Shown: positions 38,639 through 48,353, numbered from the stretch's first letter. The stretch: 64,000 bases of DNA from an uncultured Candidatus Rokubacteria bacterium (GCA_963840495.1 CAWIZN010000047.1:89485-153484), one strand, 5' to 3'. The notes: a model not told the origin generated them from the sequence alone. A program made the numbers and translations.

Positions 38639-38705
38639 GATGCGCCCCTCCTTCGGGTGTAAAGTGCCCCGGACCCGCCTCCCAGTCAATAGCCGGGCGG
38701 GACGC

Positions 38706-38735
38706 TTGATGCCGCCACGGCGCGCGCACTACAAT
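38706..38735 (+). promoter_or_regulatory. promoter TTGATG-18-TACAAT
   Basis: TTGATG at 38706-38711, TACAAT at 38730-38735, then SD GAAGGAGG (38748-38755) and ATG 38763. Confidence 0.5.
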
Positions 38736-38762
38736 GGCGTGCCCCACGAAGGAGGACCGATA

Positions 38763-41700
38763 ATGCCGAGCCGCAACCCGCTCGACCCCATTCCGCACCC
38801 GCCGAGGACGCCGTGGCTCGGCAATCTTCTGTCGCTCGGCGCGACCTCGCCGGTGCAGAACATGGCCAAGCTGGCCCGCCAGTACTGGCCGATCTACTGG
38901 CTCGACATGCGCGGCAAGCCCCTCGTCGTCGTCTCCGGACACGAGCTGGTGGACGAGCTCTGCGACGAGTCGCGCTTCGACAAGAGCGTGCGCGGCGCCC
39001 TCCGGCTCGTGCGGAATTTCGCGGGCGACGGCCTCTTCACCGCGTACACGCAAGAGCCGAACTGGTCGAAGGCGCACAATATCCTGCTTCCGAACTTCAG
39101 CCAGCGCGCGATGCAGGGCTATCACGCGATGATGCTCGACATCGCCGAGCAGCTCGTCCTGAAGTGGGAGCGGCTCAACGCCGACGACGAGGTCGACGTC
39201 GTGCACGACATGACCTCGCTGACCCTCGACACGATCGCGCTGTGCGGGTTCGACTACCGCTTCAACTCGTTCTACCGCGAGACGAACCACCCCTTCGTCG
39301 ACGCCATCGGTGGGCGCGCTCAGCGGCACCATGGAGCAATCGGGGCGGCTGCCCCTCGAGGACCTGATCCGGAAGGACCGCGATCGCAAGCTGCGCGCCG
39401 ACATCCGTCACATGAACGAGACGGTCGACGGCATCATCCGCGAGCGCCGGGAGAGCGGCGAGGATCTGGGACGGAAGCAGGACCTCCTGAGCTACATGCT
39501 GTCCGGCGTCGACAAGAAGACGGGCGAGCGGCTCGACGACCTCAATATCCGCTACCAGATCATCACCTTCCTGATCGCGGGCCACGAGACGACGAGCGGC
39601 CTCCTGTCCTTCGCGATCTACGCGCTCCTGAACAATCCGCACGTCCTCGCCCGGGCCTACGACGAGGTCGACCGCGTGCTCGGCTCGGACCCGTCGCGCA
39701 CGCCGAGCTATGCGCAGGTCAACCAGCTCACCTACGTGTCCCAGATCCTGAAGGAAACGCTCCGGCTCTGGCCCACCGCGCCCGCCTTCGCGCTGGCGCC
39801 GCACAAGGACACCGTGATCGGCGGCCAGTACAAGATGAAGAAGAGCTACCAGATCGTGGTGCTCGTCGGGGCACTCCACCGCGACCCCGCCGTGTGGGGA
39901 GAGAACGCCGAGGTCTTCGACCCCGACAACTTCAGCCGCGAGGCCGAGCGCGCGCGGCCCGCCAATGCCTACAAGCCCTTCGGCAATGGCCAGCGAGCGT
40001 GCATCGGCCGCCAGTTCGCCCTGCAGGAAGCCACGCTCGTCCTCGGGATGATCCTGCAGCGCTTCAAGCTGATCGACCACAAGCGCTACCAGCTCAAGAT
40101 CAAGGAAAGCCTCACCATCAAGCCCGACGGCCTCACGATCACGCTCAAGCGCCGGACGTCGGCCGACCGCCCCGACATCGCGCGGCCCGCCGCGGTGACC
40201 GTGGCCGCCGCCGCGGAGCCCGCCGCGGCGGCGAGTCCTGACCGCCATGGCCACTCGACCCCGCTGCTCGTGCTGTACGGGTCGAATCTCGGGACGGCGG
40301 AGGGCCTCGCCCGCCAGATCGCCGAGGACGGCCTCGCCCAGGGCTTCGCCGCGACGGTGGCCCCGCTCGACGACTACGCGGGGCGGTTGCCGAGAGAGGG
40401 CGCCGTCATGATCGCCACCGCGTCGTACAACGGCACCCCGCCCGACAACGCCGTCCAATTCTGTGACTGGCTGCGCGGGGGCGCGCTCGAATCCGGAGCG
40501 CTCGAGGGCGTGAGCTACGCGGTCTTCGGCTGCGGGAACCAGGATTGGGCCTCGACCTTTCAGGCGATTCCCCGGCTCATCGACGACAAGCTCGCGGCGT
40601 ACGGGGCTCGGCGCATCACGCCGCGGGGCGAAGGCGATGCCCGCGACGACTTCGATGGGCAGTTCCACACCTGGTACAAGCCGCTGTGGAACACGGTCGC
40701 CGCCGAGCTCGGCATCGACCTCGAGGGGCGCGGGACGCCGGCCAAGGAGCCGCTCTACACCCTCGAGATCGTGCCCGGACAGCGCATGAGCCCCTTCGTC
40801 GACTCCCTCGGGGCACGGGCCATGGCGGTGACGGTGAACCGCGAGCTGCACCGGCGCGACGGCCCCCAGCCCTCCGATCGATCGACGCGCCACATCGAGC
40901 TCGAGCTGCCGGCCGGGGCGAGCTATCGCGCCGGCGACCATCTCGGCGTCATCGCCCACAATGCCGAATCGCTCGTCAAGCGCGTGGCTGCCCGCTTCGG
41001 CTTCGAGCACGACGCCTTCGTCCGCCTGCGCCGGACCGGGGCACGCAAGTCGTTCCTGCCCGTCGACGAGACGATCTCCGTGTACCGGCTCCTCGGTGAC
41101 TACGTCGAGCTCCAGGACGTGGCCACGCGGAGCCAGATCCAGACGCTCGTCGAGCACACCGAGTGCCCGTGGACCCGTCCGCGGCTGGCCGCGCTCGCCG
41201 GGGACGACGAGGCGAGCACCGCCCGCTACAAGGCGGAGGTGATGGCCACGCGCAAGTCCCTCGTCGATCTGCTCGAGGAGTACCCCGCCTGCGCCCTGCC
41301 GTTTCACGTCTATCTCGAGATGCTGGCCCCGCTCGCGCCGCGCTACTACTCCATCTCCTCCTCTCCACTGCGCGACGAGCGCCACCTGAGCATCACCGTC
41401 GGCGTGGTGGACGCCCCCGCCCGCTCCGGGCGCGGGACCTATCGCGGCGTGTGCTCGAACTATCTGTGCCATCAGGAGGACGCGACCGTCATCTACGCCT
41501 TCGTGAAGGACACCAAGTCGGCGTTCCGCCTGCCCGAGGACGCCGCCACGCCCATCATCATGATCGGCCCCGGCACGGGCCTCGCCCCGTTTCGCGGATT
41601 CCTCCAGGAGCGCGCCTGGCTCAAGAGCCAGGGCACGCCGGTCGGGAGATCGATGCTCTTCTTCGGCTGCCGCCATCCCGAGCAGGACTTCCTCTACGCC

Positions 41701-42012
41701 GACGAGCTGGCGGCCCTCGCCCGCGACGGAGTCACCGATCTCAAGGTCGCGTTCTCCCGGCTTCCCGGCGAGAAGAAGATGTACGTCCAGGACCTGCTCC
41801 TCGAGGAGCGGGACGCCGTGTGGCAGATGATCGAGAGCGGCGCCGTCGTCTACGTGTGCGGCGATGCGAGCCGGATGGCGCCCGACGTGCGGCGTGCGTT
41901 CGCGGCCATCCATGCGCAGAAGACCGGCGGGGGCGAGGCCGCCGCCGATCGGTGGCTCGATGAGCTGACGGCGGAGAACCGCTACCTCGTCGATGTCTGG
42001 GCCGCGAGCTGA
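38763..42012 (+). CDS. self-sufficient cytochrome P450-NADPH reductase fusion (CYP102/BM3-like), one frameshift as sequenced
   Basis: ORF 38538..40241(+) gives the N-terminus (MPSRNPLDPIPHPPRTPWLGNLL...). ORF 39310..42012(+) gives the remainder (I-helix AGHETTS, heme loop FGNGQRACIGRQFA, flavodoxin-like and FAD/NADPH domains to ..YLVDVWAAS). The junction is at about 39308-39310 (..HPFVDAI|VGALSGTMEQS..). Confidence 0.9.
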
Positions 42013-42071
42013 TCGAGCTCGCCGCCGATCCCCGCAAGCCGCGGCACCAGCGGCGCCTCGCCCTCACCGTC

Positions 42072-43292
42072 TTGCTCGCCGCCGCGGCCCTCGCCGTGGC
42101 CGTGTTCCCTTGGCGGGGCAGATGGTGGGGCGGATGGATCCTCGCCATCGCCGAGGCCGGGGTCGTGGGCGGCCTCGCCGACTGGTTCGCCGTCACGGCG
42201 CTCTTCCGCCATCCGCTCGGCATCCCCATCCCGCACACCGCGCTCATCCCCGCCAACTGGCAGCTCATGGCCGCGCGCGTCGGCGGCATGGTCGGCGGCC
42301 GCATCCTGACCACCGAGTACGTGACGCGCGAGATCTCGCGCGTGGACGTGGCGAGCCTTCTCGCCCAGGTCGCCGCGCGCGTCAAGCCGGCCGACGTCGA
42401 GCCGCTCGTGGCGACCGTCGCGCGCTGGGCGGCGGCCCAGCTCCCGGCCGGGTCGGCGACGGAGCTGGTGTCCTGGATTCGGCGGCTCCTCCTGAGCCGC
42501 CCGGTCGCGCCCGTGCTCGCGGAGATCATCGACGTGGCGCACCGAAATGGATGGGACCAGCGCCTGGTCGAGGCGCTGGCCCGGACGCTGGTCGAGACGC
42601 TGGACCGTCCCGACGTTCGCGACGCGGTCGGCGAGCTGGTCGACGAGGTCGTCGGCAGCTATCGCCAGCGCATGGGCCTGTACCCGGGCTTCCTGATCCG
42701 CGTCGCCAATATCCTCGGGTTGATCGACCGCGACCGCCTCGTGTCGGCCCTCCGCGCGGCGCTCGCGAAGGTCGCCGACGATCCGGACGATCCGCTCCGG
42801 CGGCGCCTCTCCGAGGCGCTGGCCGAGCTACCGGGTCGCCTGCGCACCGAGCCCGACCTGGCCGCCCGTGTCGAGGCGACCAAGACCGAGCTCCTGACGA
42901 GCCCCGCGCTCAGCGGGCTCATCGAGGACGCCGCCGCTGGGCTGCGCCGTGCCCTGGTCACCGATCTCGGGAGCGATCGGTCGGAGCTGGTGGCGTGGAT
43001 CACCGGCCAGATCGAGCGGGCCCGCGAGACGCTGGTGTCGGACGCAGACGTTCGAAAGAGCCTCGACCGCTGGCTCAAGCAGCACGCCGCAACTCTCGTC
43101 GAACGCTACCAGAATCATCTGGCCGCATTCATCGAGCGCGGCGTCCATGCGCTCGGAGCGGAGGGCGCGGTGCGGCTCATCGAGGAGCACGCGGGCGACG
43201 ATCTCCAGTACATCCGCGTCAACGGCACCGTGGTCGGCGGCCTCGCGGGCGGGGGGATCTACGGCCTCCACCTGCTCCTCAACTTCCTGTGA
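42072..43292 (+). CDS. DUF445-family membrane-associated protein
   Basis: ORF 42072..43292(+). ..GGLADWFAVTALFRHPLGIPIPHTALIPAN.. and the C-terminus ..LQYIRVNGTVVGGLAGGGIYGL.. are typical of DUF445/YjiN-like proteins. TTG start is uncertain. Confidence 0.72.
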   Translation: MLAAAALAVAVFPWRGRWWGGWILAIAEAGVVGGLADWFAVTALFRHPLGIPIPHTALIPANWQLMAARVGGMVGGRILTTEYVTREISRVDVASLLAQVAARVKPADVEPLVATVARWAAAQLPAGSATELVSWIRRLLLSRPVAPVLAEIIDVAHRNGWDQRLVEALARTLVETLDRPDVRDAVGELVDEVVGSYRQRMGLYPGFLIRVANILGLIDRDRLVSALRAALAKVADDPDDPLRRRLSEALAELPGRLRTEPDLAARVEATKTELLTSPALSGLIEDAAAGLRRALVTDLGSDRSELVAWITGQIERARETLVSDADVRKSLDRWLKQHAATLVERYQNHLAAFIERGVHALGAEGAVRLIEEHAGDDLQYIRVNGTVVGGLAGGGIYGLHLLLNFL

Positions 43293-43320
43293 GCTCCGTT
43301 TCGAGGGCCGACCCCTCGAG

Positions 43321-43881
43321 TCACTCGCGAGGCCAGCCGGCCGTGTCCGGCGCGTCGCGGCGAAGGAGGCTCTCGGCGATCGCGCGGCGGATGACGCGCT
43401 TGACGTCGCGGCCGGTGAAGTCGCCCAGGAGGAGCGTCGTGTAGTGGGTGGCGTCCTCGAAGCGCTTGCCGAAGGCGATCAGCCGGTCGATGCGGGCGGC
43501 CGTCGCGGGACGAGCCGCGAGGACGTCGGCGAGGCCCGACAGGAGCGTCATGGTGAGGACAGGCGGCTGCAGCGACTCGAGCACCTCGAGCACGGTCTCC
43601 TCGCGCCCCTGCTCGGCGAGATAGGCAGCGGCGGCGACGCGCGCGGTGTCGGTCGGGCCGAAGCGGAGCACGCCCTCGAACAGCGGCGTGGCGTCGAGGC
43701 CATACCCGCGCGCGAGCTGGGCCATGAAGTCGACGCTCTTTTCCCGCGAGCCCCCCTCGAGCCCGAGGAGCTCGCGATAGACCCGCATCGCCTGCTCGGG
43801 CCCCTGGAGAAACCGCGACATCATGCCGACGAACTGGTTCATGTCGAAAGGCGGAAACGGAGAAGCCGGCTCGGGCGCCAT
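43321..43881 (-). CDS. hypothetical protein
   Basis: ORF 43321..43881(-), natural-looking composition (MAPEPASPFPPFDMNQFVGMMSRFLQGPEQAMRVYRELLGLEGG...). Family not recognised. Confidence 0.5.
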   Translation of the reverse strand: MAPEPASPFPPFDMNQFVGMMSRFLQGPEQAMRVYRELLGLEGGSREKSVDFMAQLARGYGLDATPLFEGVLRFGPTDTARVAAAAYLAEQGREETVLEVLESLQPPVLTMTLLSGLADVLAARPATAARIDRLIAFGKRFEDATHYTTLLLGDFTGRDVKRVIRRAIAESLLRRDAPDTAGWPRE

Positions 43882-44032
43882 GCCGCGAGTATGAGCCCCT
43901 GAAGGCCAGTGTCAACCCGTCGCGCAACGCTGCGCGGCTGCCGCGGCGTGGAGCCCTTTCATTGAGCGGGGACGCGCGACTATACTCGTGGCTCGACCCC
44001 GCGATCCGTCGCCGGCCGGAGGACAGCATCCA

Positions 44033-46099
44033 ATGACGCAGCCGAGCCTCAACCGTCGCCTCACCACGATCGATTCCACCTTCCTCTATCTCGAGAAGGC
44101 CGAGCAGCCCATGCACATCGGAGGCTGCATGCTCTACGAGGGCCGCGTCTCCCGCGAGGAGCTGGCGCGCCTGCTCCTCGACCGACTCCATCGGCTGCCC
44201 CGCTACCGGCAGAAGGTCGTGTTCCCCCCGTTCACCCTCGCGCATCCGACGTGGGAAGACGACCCGGACTTCGACATCGCTCACCACATCGACGAGGTCA
44301 CGCTGCCCGCCCCCGGCGACGACCGCACGATGGCCGAGATCGGCGGCCGCGTGTACGGGGGGATGCTGGATCGCGGCCACCCGCTCTGGAAGCTGATCCT
44401 GCTCCAGGGCCGATCCGACGGCCATACCGCGATCGTCTGGAAGATCCACCACGCGATGATCGACGGCATGTCCGGGGTCGACTTGACCATGGTGCTTCAC
44501 GATCTGACACCCGACGCCGAGCCCCCGACCCCGCCGGCGGCGCCGTGGCAGCCTCGTCCGCTGCCCGATCCGATCACCCTGCTGCAGGATGCCGTGCGCG
44601 ACCGCTTGACCGAGGCCGCCCAGAGCTTCACCGACTCGGCATTCGGCCTGCTCCGCCCGACCGAGATCAGCGCGCGCGCCCGGCAGCTCACGGGGGCCGT
44701 CACGACCGCGCTGCCCTCCTTGCTCAAGCCGGCGCCGAGCACGCCGTTCAATGCCCCGCTGTCGACCGAGCGCCGCTTCGCCTGGCATGGCCTGCCCTTC
44801 GCGGACATCCGCGCGATCCGCTCCGCGCTGGGCGGCACCGTGAACGACGTCGTGCTCGCCATCCTGAGCGGCGCCCTCGGCCGTTACCTCCGCGCGCGGG
44901 GCCTTCCGACCGAGGGCGTCGAGCTGCGCGCGATGTGCCCGGTGAGCATGCGCAGGCCGGACGAGCGCGGCGCCCTCGGCAACCTCGTGTCGATCATGAT
45001 CGCCCCGCTCTATGTCGGCATCGCCGATCCCGTCGCGCGCCTCACGGCCGAGCGCCAGGCCATGGAGCGGCTCAAGGGCGAGGATCAGGCGGGCGGGCTC
45101 TACTCGCTGCAGCAGCTCATGAACGGCGTCCCCGCCGCGTGGCAGGCGCTCGCGGGCGCGATCACCATCCCCCAGACCCTGTTCAATACGGTCTCCACCA
45201 ATGTGCCGGGACCGCAGATCCCGCTCTATCTGGGTGGGCGCCGCCTGCTGAACTGGATTCCGCTCGGGATCTGCTCGACGGGCGTCGGCCTGTTCGTCGC
45301 CATCCTGACCTATGACCGGCGGCTCACGTTCGGCCTCACCTTCGACCCCGCGCTCATCGCCGACGGCTGGGAGATCGCCGATCACCTGCGCCTGGCGTTT
45401 GCGGAGCTGCGGAGCGCCGCCGAGGCGGCCCAACCGGCGGCCTTCGCGGGGGTTGCGCGCACCCGCGGCCGCGGTACTCGCGGACGCGGCGGCCGCGGCG
45501 CGATAGGCACGCCGATGCCGACCGCGGACGCCCCGGGCACGCGCCGCGCCTACCCGCGCGCCATCACGCTCGACAGCGGCACCGCCATCACCCTGCGATT
45601 CATGACCGCCGCCGACGCCACCGCCGTCGTCTCGTTCGCGAAGAGCCTGCCCGCGGACGACCTCCTGTTCCTGCGCACGGACATCACGAGCCCCTCCGTC
45701 GTCGCGCAGTGGGTGAAGAACCTCGCGGCGGGGCGCACCGTCACGGTCATCGCCGAGGCGGGCGGCGAGATGGCCGGCTATGCGAGCCTGCACCACCACG
45801 AGACGAGCTGGCAGCGCCACCTGGGCGAGATTCGCATCCAGGCGGGGCAGCGCTATCGCTCGCAGGGCCTCGGACGGGGGCTCGCGGGAGAGGTCTTCGC
45901 GCTGGCCACGGAGCTGGGGCTGCGCAAGATCGTCGCGCAGATGACGGTCGATCAGAAGGGCGCGATCGCCACCTTCGAGCGGCTCGGCTTCCGCGCCGAG
46001 GCGCTCCTGTCGGATTTCGTGATCGACCGCGACGGGCGCACGCGCGATCTCATGATCATGGCCTACGACGTCGACGGGTTGACCGAGCACCTGGACTGA
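44033..46099 (+). CDS. wax ester synthase/diacylglycerol acyltransferase (WS/DGAT), read as one ORF with a C-terminal GNAT (GNAT-3)
   Basis: ORF 43988..46099(+). MTQPSLNRRLTTIDSTFLYLE.., catalytic HHAMIDG, ..NVPGPQIPLYLGG.. Then an R/G-rich linker and the GNAT domain. Start set to ATG 44033 (GGAGGA 10 nt upstream; a TATACT -10 lies at 43981-43986). Confidence 0.88.
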   Translation: MTQPSLNRRLTTIDSTFLYLEKAEQPMHIGGCMLYEGRVSREELARLLLDRLHRLPRYRQKVVFPPFTLAHPTWEDDPDFDIAHHIDEVTLPAPGDDRTMAEIGGRVYGGMLDRGHPLWKLILLQGRSDGHTAIVWKIHHAMIDGMSGVDLTMVLHDLTPDAEPPTPPAAPWQPRPLPDPITLLQDAVRDRLTEAAQSFTDSAFGLLRPTEISARARQLTGAVTTALPSLLKPAPSTPFNAPLSTERRFAWHGLPFADIRAIRSALGGTVNDVVLAILSGALGRYLRARGLPTEGVELRAMCPVSMRRPDERGALGNLVSIMIAPLYVGIADPVARLTAERQAMERLKGEDQAGGLYSLQQLMNGVPAAWQALAGAITIPQTLFNTVSTNVPGPQIPLYLGGRRLLNWIPLGICSTGVGLFVAILTYDRRLTFGLTFDPALIADGWEIADHLRLAFAELRSAAEAAQPAAFAGVARTRGRGTRGRGGRGAIGTPMPTADAPGTRRAYPRAITLDSGTAITLRFMTAADATAVVSFAKSLPADDLLFLRTDITSPSVVAQWVKNLAAGRTVTVIAEAGGEMAGYASLHHHETSWQRHLGEIRIQAGQRYRSQGLGRGLAGEVFALATELGLRKIVAQMTVDQKGAIATFERLGFRAEALLSDFVIDRDGRTRDLMIMAYDVDGLTEHLD
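45515..46099 (+). other. GNAT-3 module (domain of, or separate gene after, the WS/DGAT)
   Basis: MPTADAPGTRRAYPRAITLDSGTAITLRFM..LPADDLLFLRTDITSP..GYASL..RSQGLGRGL..AQMTVDQKGAIATFERLGFRAEALLSDFVID.. It begins like GNAT-1 (MPSPSADGRAYPRAV..). A TAG in the +1 frame ends 8 nt before this ATG (45504-45506). Confidence 0.8.
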
Positions 46100-46149
46100 G
46101 CCCGGGCACTGGCGGCGAGCCTCAGCGTCGGCTCGGACTGCACGCTGCC

Positions 46150-46945
46150 GACGCTGCGCCGGCAACCGAGCGCCGCCGGCCGGGGCCGCGAGCGCGGCCA
46201 GGCGCTCCGCGATGATCCGGTACACCTTCGGGTTCCACGCCAGTCCCACGTGGGTGCCCGACACCTCGACGTCAGCCTCGGCATCGTCATTGATGCACGA
46301 CCGCCAGTCCACGATGCCGTCCGTCTTGGTGTAGATCGCGATCTGGGGAACAGAGGACGGCAGCGGCGCCTGGAGCGCCTTGACGGTGTCGCACTGACAC
46401 GCCGCGGTGAAGCAATCCGGGCGATCGTCCCGCTGCTCCGCCCGGCTCCGGATGCGGGCGCGCACCGTGCTCGCCGCTTGCATCACGAGCGGATGCGACC
46501 GGATGCCACGGAACGGAGACCCGAGCGTGATCACGGAGGCGATCCGGTCCGGGCGGCGCACCGCGGCCGAGCGCGCCAGCATGCCTCCAAGGCTGTGGCC
46601 GATGAGATGCACCGGGCGGCCCGTCGACGCCCGCGCCTCCTCGACCGTGCCGAGCAGTCGCCCGACCAGGACATCCAGGCACTCCGCGTTTCTGCCGATG
46701 CGCGAGAGAAAGGGCCGGTAGCCGATGCGGCCGAGCCAGAAGTACATCTCGAGGAGATAGACGTCGCTGCCGAGGAAGCCGGGCACCACGACGACCGGCG
46801 CCCCGTCACCGCGGGGGATGCCGCACCCGTACAGAACGGGTGAGGTTCGAAGGGCCAGCCAATCGAAGCCGAACAGCGCCTCGCGCCAGATCGGGACGGA
46901 AGCCGGCCGCTCTTCCACATCGAAGTGCACCGTCGAGCGCGCCAT
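46150..46945 (-). CDS. alpha/beta hydrolase, lipase/esterase-like; 3' end unresolved
   Basis: First roughly 255 aa of ORF 43259..46945(-). ..VVVVPGFLGSDVYLLEMYFWLGRIGYRPFL.., nucleophile box GHSLGG, ..ITLGSPFRG.., ..GTHVGLAWNPKVYRIIAERL.. The frame has no stop and continues as antisense shadow of the WS/DGAT gene, so the low coordinate is a guess. Confidence 0.7.
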
Positions 46946-47054
46946 GAGTTCGAACCCCCTCCCGCGTCCTTGCGGCGAGTACCACGCAGAGTGTCACACA
47001 GATGACGCACCCTGGCAAATGTATAGCGCGGCGCGCATTCACGGGAGAGGGCTA

Positions 47055-47075
47055 GAAGGGGGCAGCGCCCCCTTC
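47055..47075. repeat. G5/C5 mini-hairpin module
   Basis: gaagggggcagcgcccccttc, immediately left of repeat A4. Confidence 0.6.
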
Positions 47076-47084
47076 CGGTTCGCG

Positions 47085-47251
47085 CTAGGAGCCTGTCGGA
47101 GTAACCCGGCTAGAGCGAGGAGAAGGGTCCAGCTGCGAGGCGGCGCCCGGCGGCCGCCGGCGCAGCGCGTAGCGCGTTTCTGACGGTCTGAGCCGTCGCG
47201 TGCTCGAGGCCGGCGCCGACGAACGCAGATGGGCCCTTCTCCTCGCTCTAG
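47085..47251 (+). repeat. long-hairpin intergenic repeat, copy A4 (longer, divergent centre)
   Basis: gctaggagcctgtcggagtaacccgg + ctagagcgaggagaagggtccagctgcgaggcggcgcccgg...gacgaacgcagatgggcccttctcctcgctctag. The terminal CTAG carries the TAG stop of the SCP2 gene. Confidence 0.8.
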
Positions 47252-47568
47252 ACCTGGAACAGGCCCCCGATCTTCATCGCCAGGCCCATGTCGCCCTTGA
47301 GCTTGAGCTTGCCCGACATGAACGCCATCTGCCCCGACAGCTTGCCCCCGACCATGTCGAGCCAGTCCTGGGACGACATGGAGAGCGTGAGGCTGGGGGC
47401 CGCGGCCGCCCCCGGATTCACCGCGCAGGTCCCGTCCTTGATCACCGCGTTCCAGGTTCCGCCCTGATCGCCGGTGATGTCGTACTGGATGGTCGCGTTC
47501 ACTCCCGCGGCCTTCTCGGCGCGGAACCGGCCCGCCATCGCATCGAACGTCTCCTTGACTGTCGGCAT
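47248..47568 (-). CDS. SCP2 sterol/lipid-carrier domain protein
   Basis: Last 106 aa of ORF 47248..47949(-). MPTVKETFDAMAGRFRAEKAAGVNATIQYDITGDQGGTWNAVIKDGTC...GKLSGQMAFMSGKLKLKGDMGLAMKIGGLF. GGAGGAGGGG lies upstream. Confidence 0.8.
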   Translation of the reverse strand: MPTVKETFDAMAGRFRAEKAAGVNATIQYDITGDQGGTWNAVIKDGTCAVNPGAAAAPSLTLSMSSQDWLDMVGGKLSGQMAFMSGKLKLKGDMGLAMKIGGLFQV

Positions 47569-47603
47569 GAGAGTACCCCTCCTCCGGACGTTGTTCCGGA
47601 TCG

Positions 47604-48353
47604 CTAGAAGGTGAACAGATCCATTCCACCCGTGACCGTGAGCACGGCACCGGTGATGTACCGCGCGCGCTCCGAGCACAGAAACGCGATGGCGTGGGCC
47701 ACGTCCGCCGGCTCCCCTTCCCGCTGCATCGCCACGCGCTTGACCATCCGCTCGTACAGGGGCGAGAGATTCGCGTTGGGGCCGATGATGCCGGGGGCGA
47801 TCACGTTGGACGTCACGTTGTGCCGCGCGCCCTCGAGGGCCACCGACTTGGCGAATCCGATCACGCCCATCTTGCTCGTCGAGTAGGCGGCCTGGCCGAA
47901 GCCGCCCATCAGCCCCGCGATCGAGGCCATGCAGATCACCCGGCCCCACTTGCGTTCCCGCATGCCGGGGAACACCGCCTTGGTGACATTGTACGTTCCC
48001 GTCAGATTGATCTTCAGGTTCAGATCCCAGTCCTCGTCGCCCATGTCCTTGAGCTGGCCCATCGTGTAGATGAAGCCCGCATTGTTCACGCAGATGTCCG
48101 CGGGCCCGACCTCGCTCTCCGCCCGTGGAACGATCTCGGCGAGCGCCGCGCGGTCCGTGATGTCGACGGCATAGCCGCGCGCCGTCCCGCCGCCGCCGAC
48201 GATCTCGTTGGCCGTCTCGGCCGCGCCCTCTCCGTTCAGGTCGAGGATGATGAGCTTGCAGCCCTCCGCGGCCAGCGTGAGGCAGTCCTGCTTGCCGAGG
48301 CTTCGCGCCCCGCCCGTGACCAGTGCCACCTTACCCGCGATGCCGAGGTCCAT
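47604..48353 (-). CDS. short-chain dehydrogenase/reductase (3-oxoacyl reductase FabG-like)
   Basis: ORF 47604..48353(-), intact. GKVALVTGGARSLG, NNAG, YSTSK. Confidence 0.88.
   Translation of the reverse strand: MDLGIAGKVALVTGGARSLGKQDCLTLAAEGCKLIILDLNGEGAAETANEIVGGGGTARGYAVDITDRAALAEIVPRAESEVGPADICVNNAGFIYTMGQLKDMGDEDWDLNLKINLTGTYNVTKAVFPGMRERKWGRVICMASIAGLMGGFGQAAYSTSKMGVIGFAKSVALEGARHNVTSNVIAPGIIGPNANLSPLYERMVKRVAMQREGEPADVAHAIAFLCSERARYITGAVLTVTGGMDLFTF

Noticed and set aside
39262-41913. An 883-aa minus-strand ORF. Similar large ORFs are 57047..58876(-), 60029..62395(+), 25037..27157(+), 1641..3566(+) and 2600..4345(+).
   Set aside because: Each lies opposite a strongly supported gene (CYP102, exeA, the Fe-S oxidoreductase, fadD, pdxS and the PLP enzyme). 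Each shows the R/G/A/P-rich, motif-free composition of shadow ORFs.
43259-46945. A 1228-aa minus-strand ORF, the longest in the window
   Set aside because: Only the first roughly 255 aa (46945 down to about 46180) look like a real protein, a lipase-like alpha/beta hydrolase. The remainder is Arg/Ala/Gly-rich antisense shadow of the WS/DGAT-GNAT gene, as expected for stop-poor frames in GC-rich DNA.
46940-46965. A T-loop-like GAGTTCGAACC string, considered as a possible tRNA
   Set aside because: The flanks cannot form T-arm, anticodon-arm or acceptor pairing. The string overlaps the lipase-like start codon region. No tRNA is called anywhere in the window.
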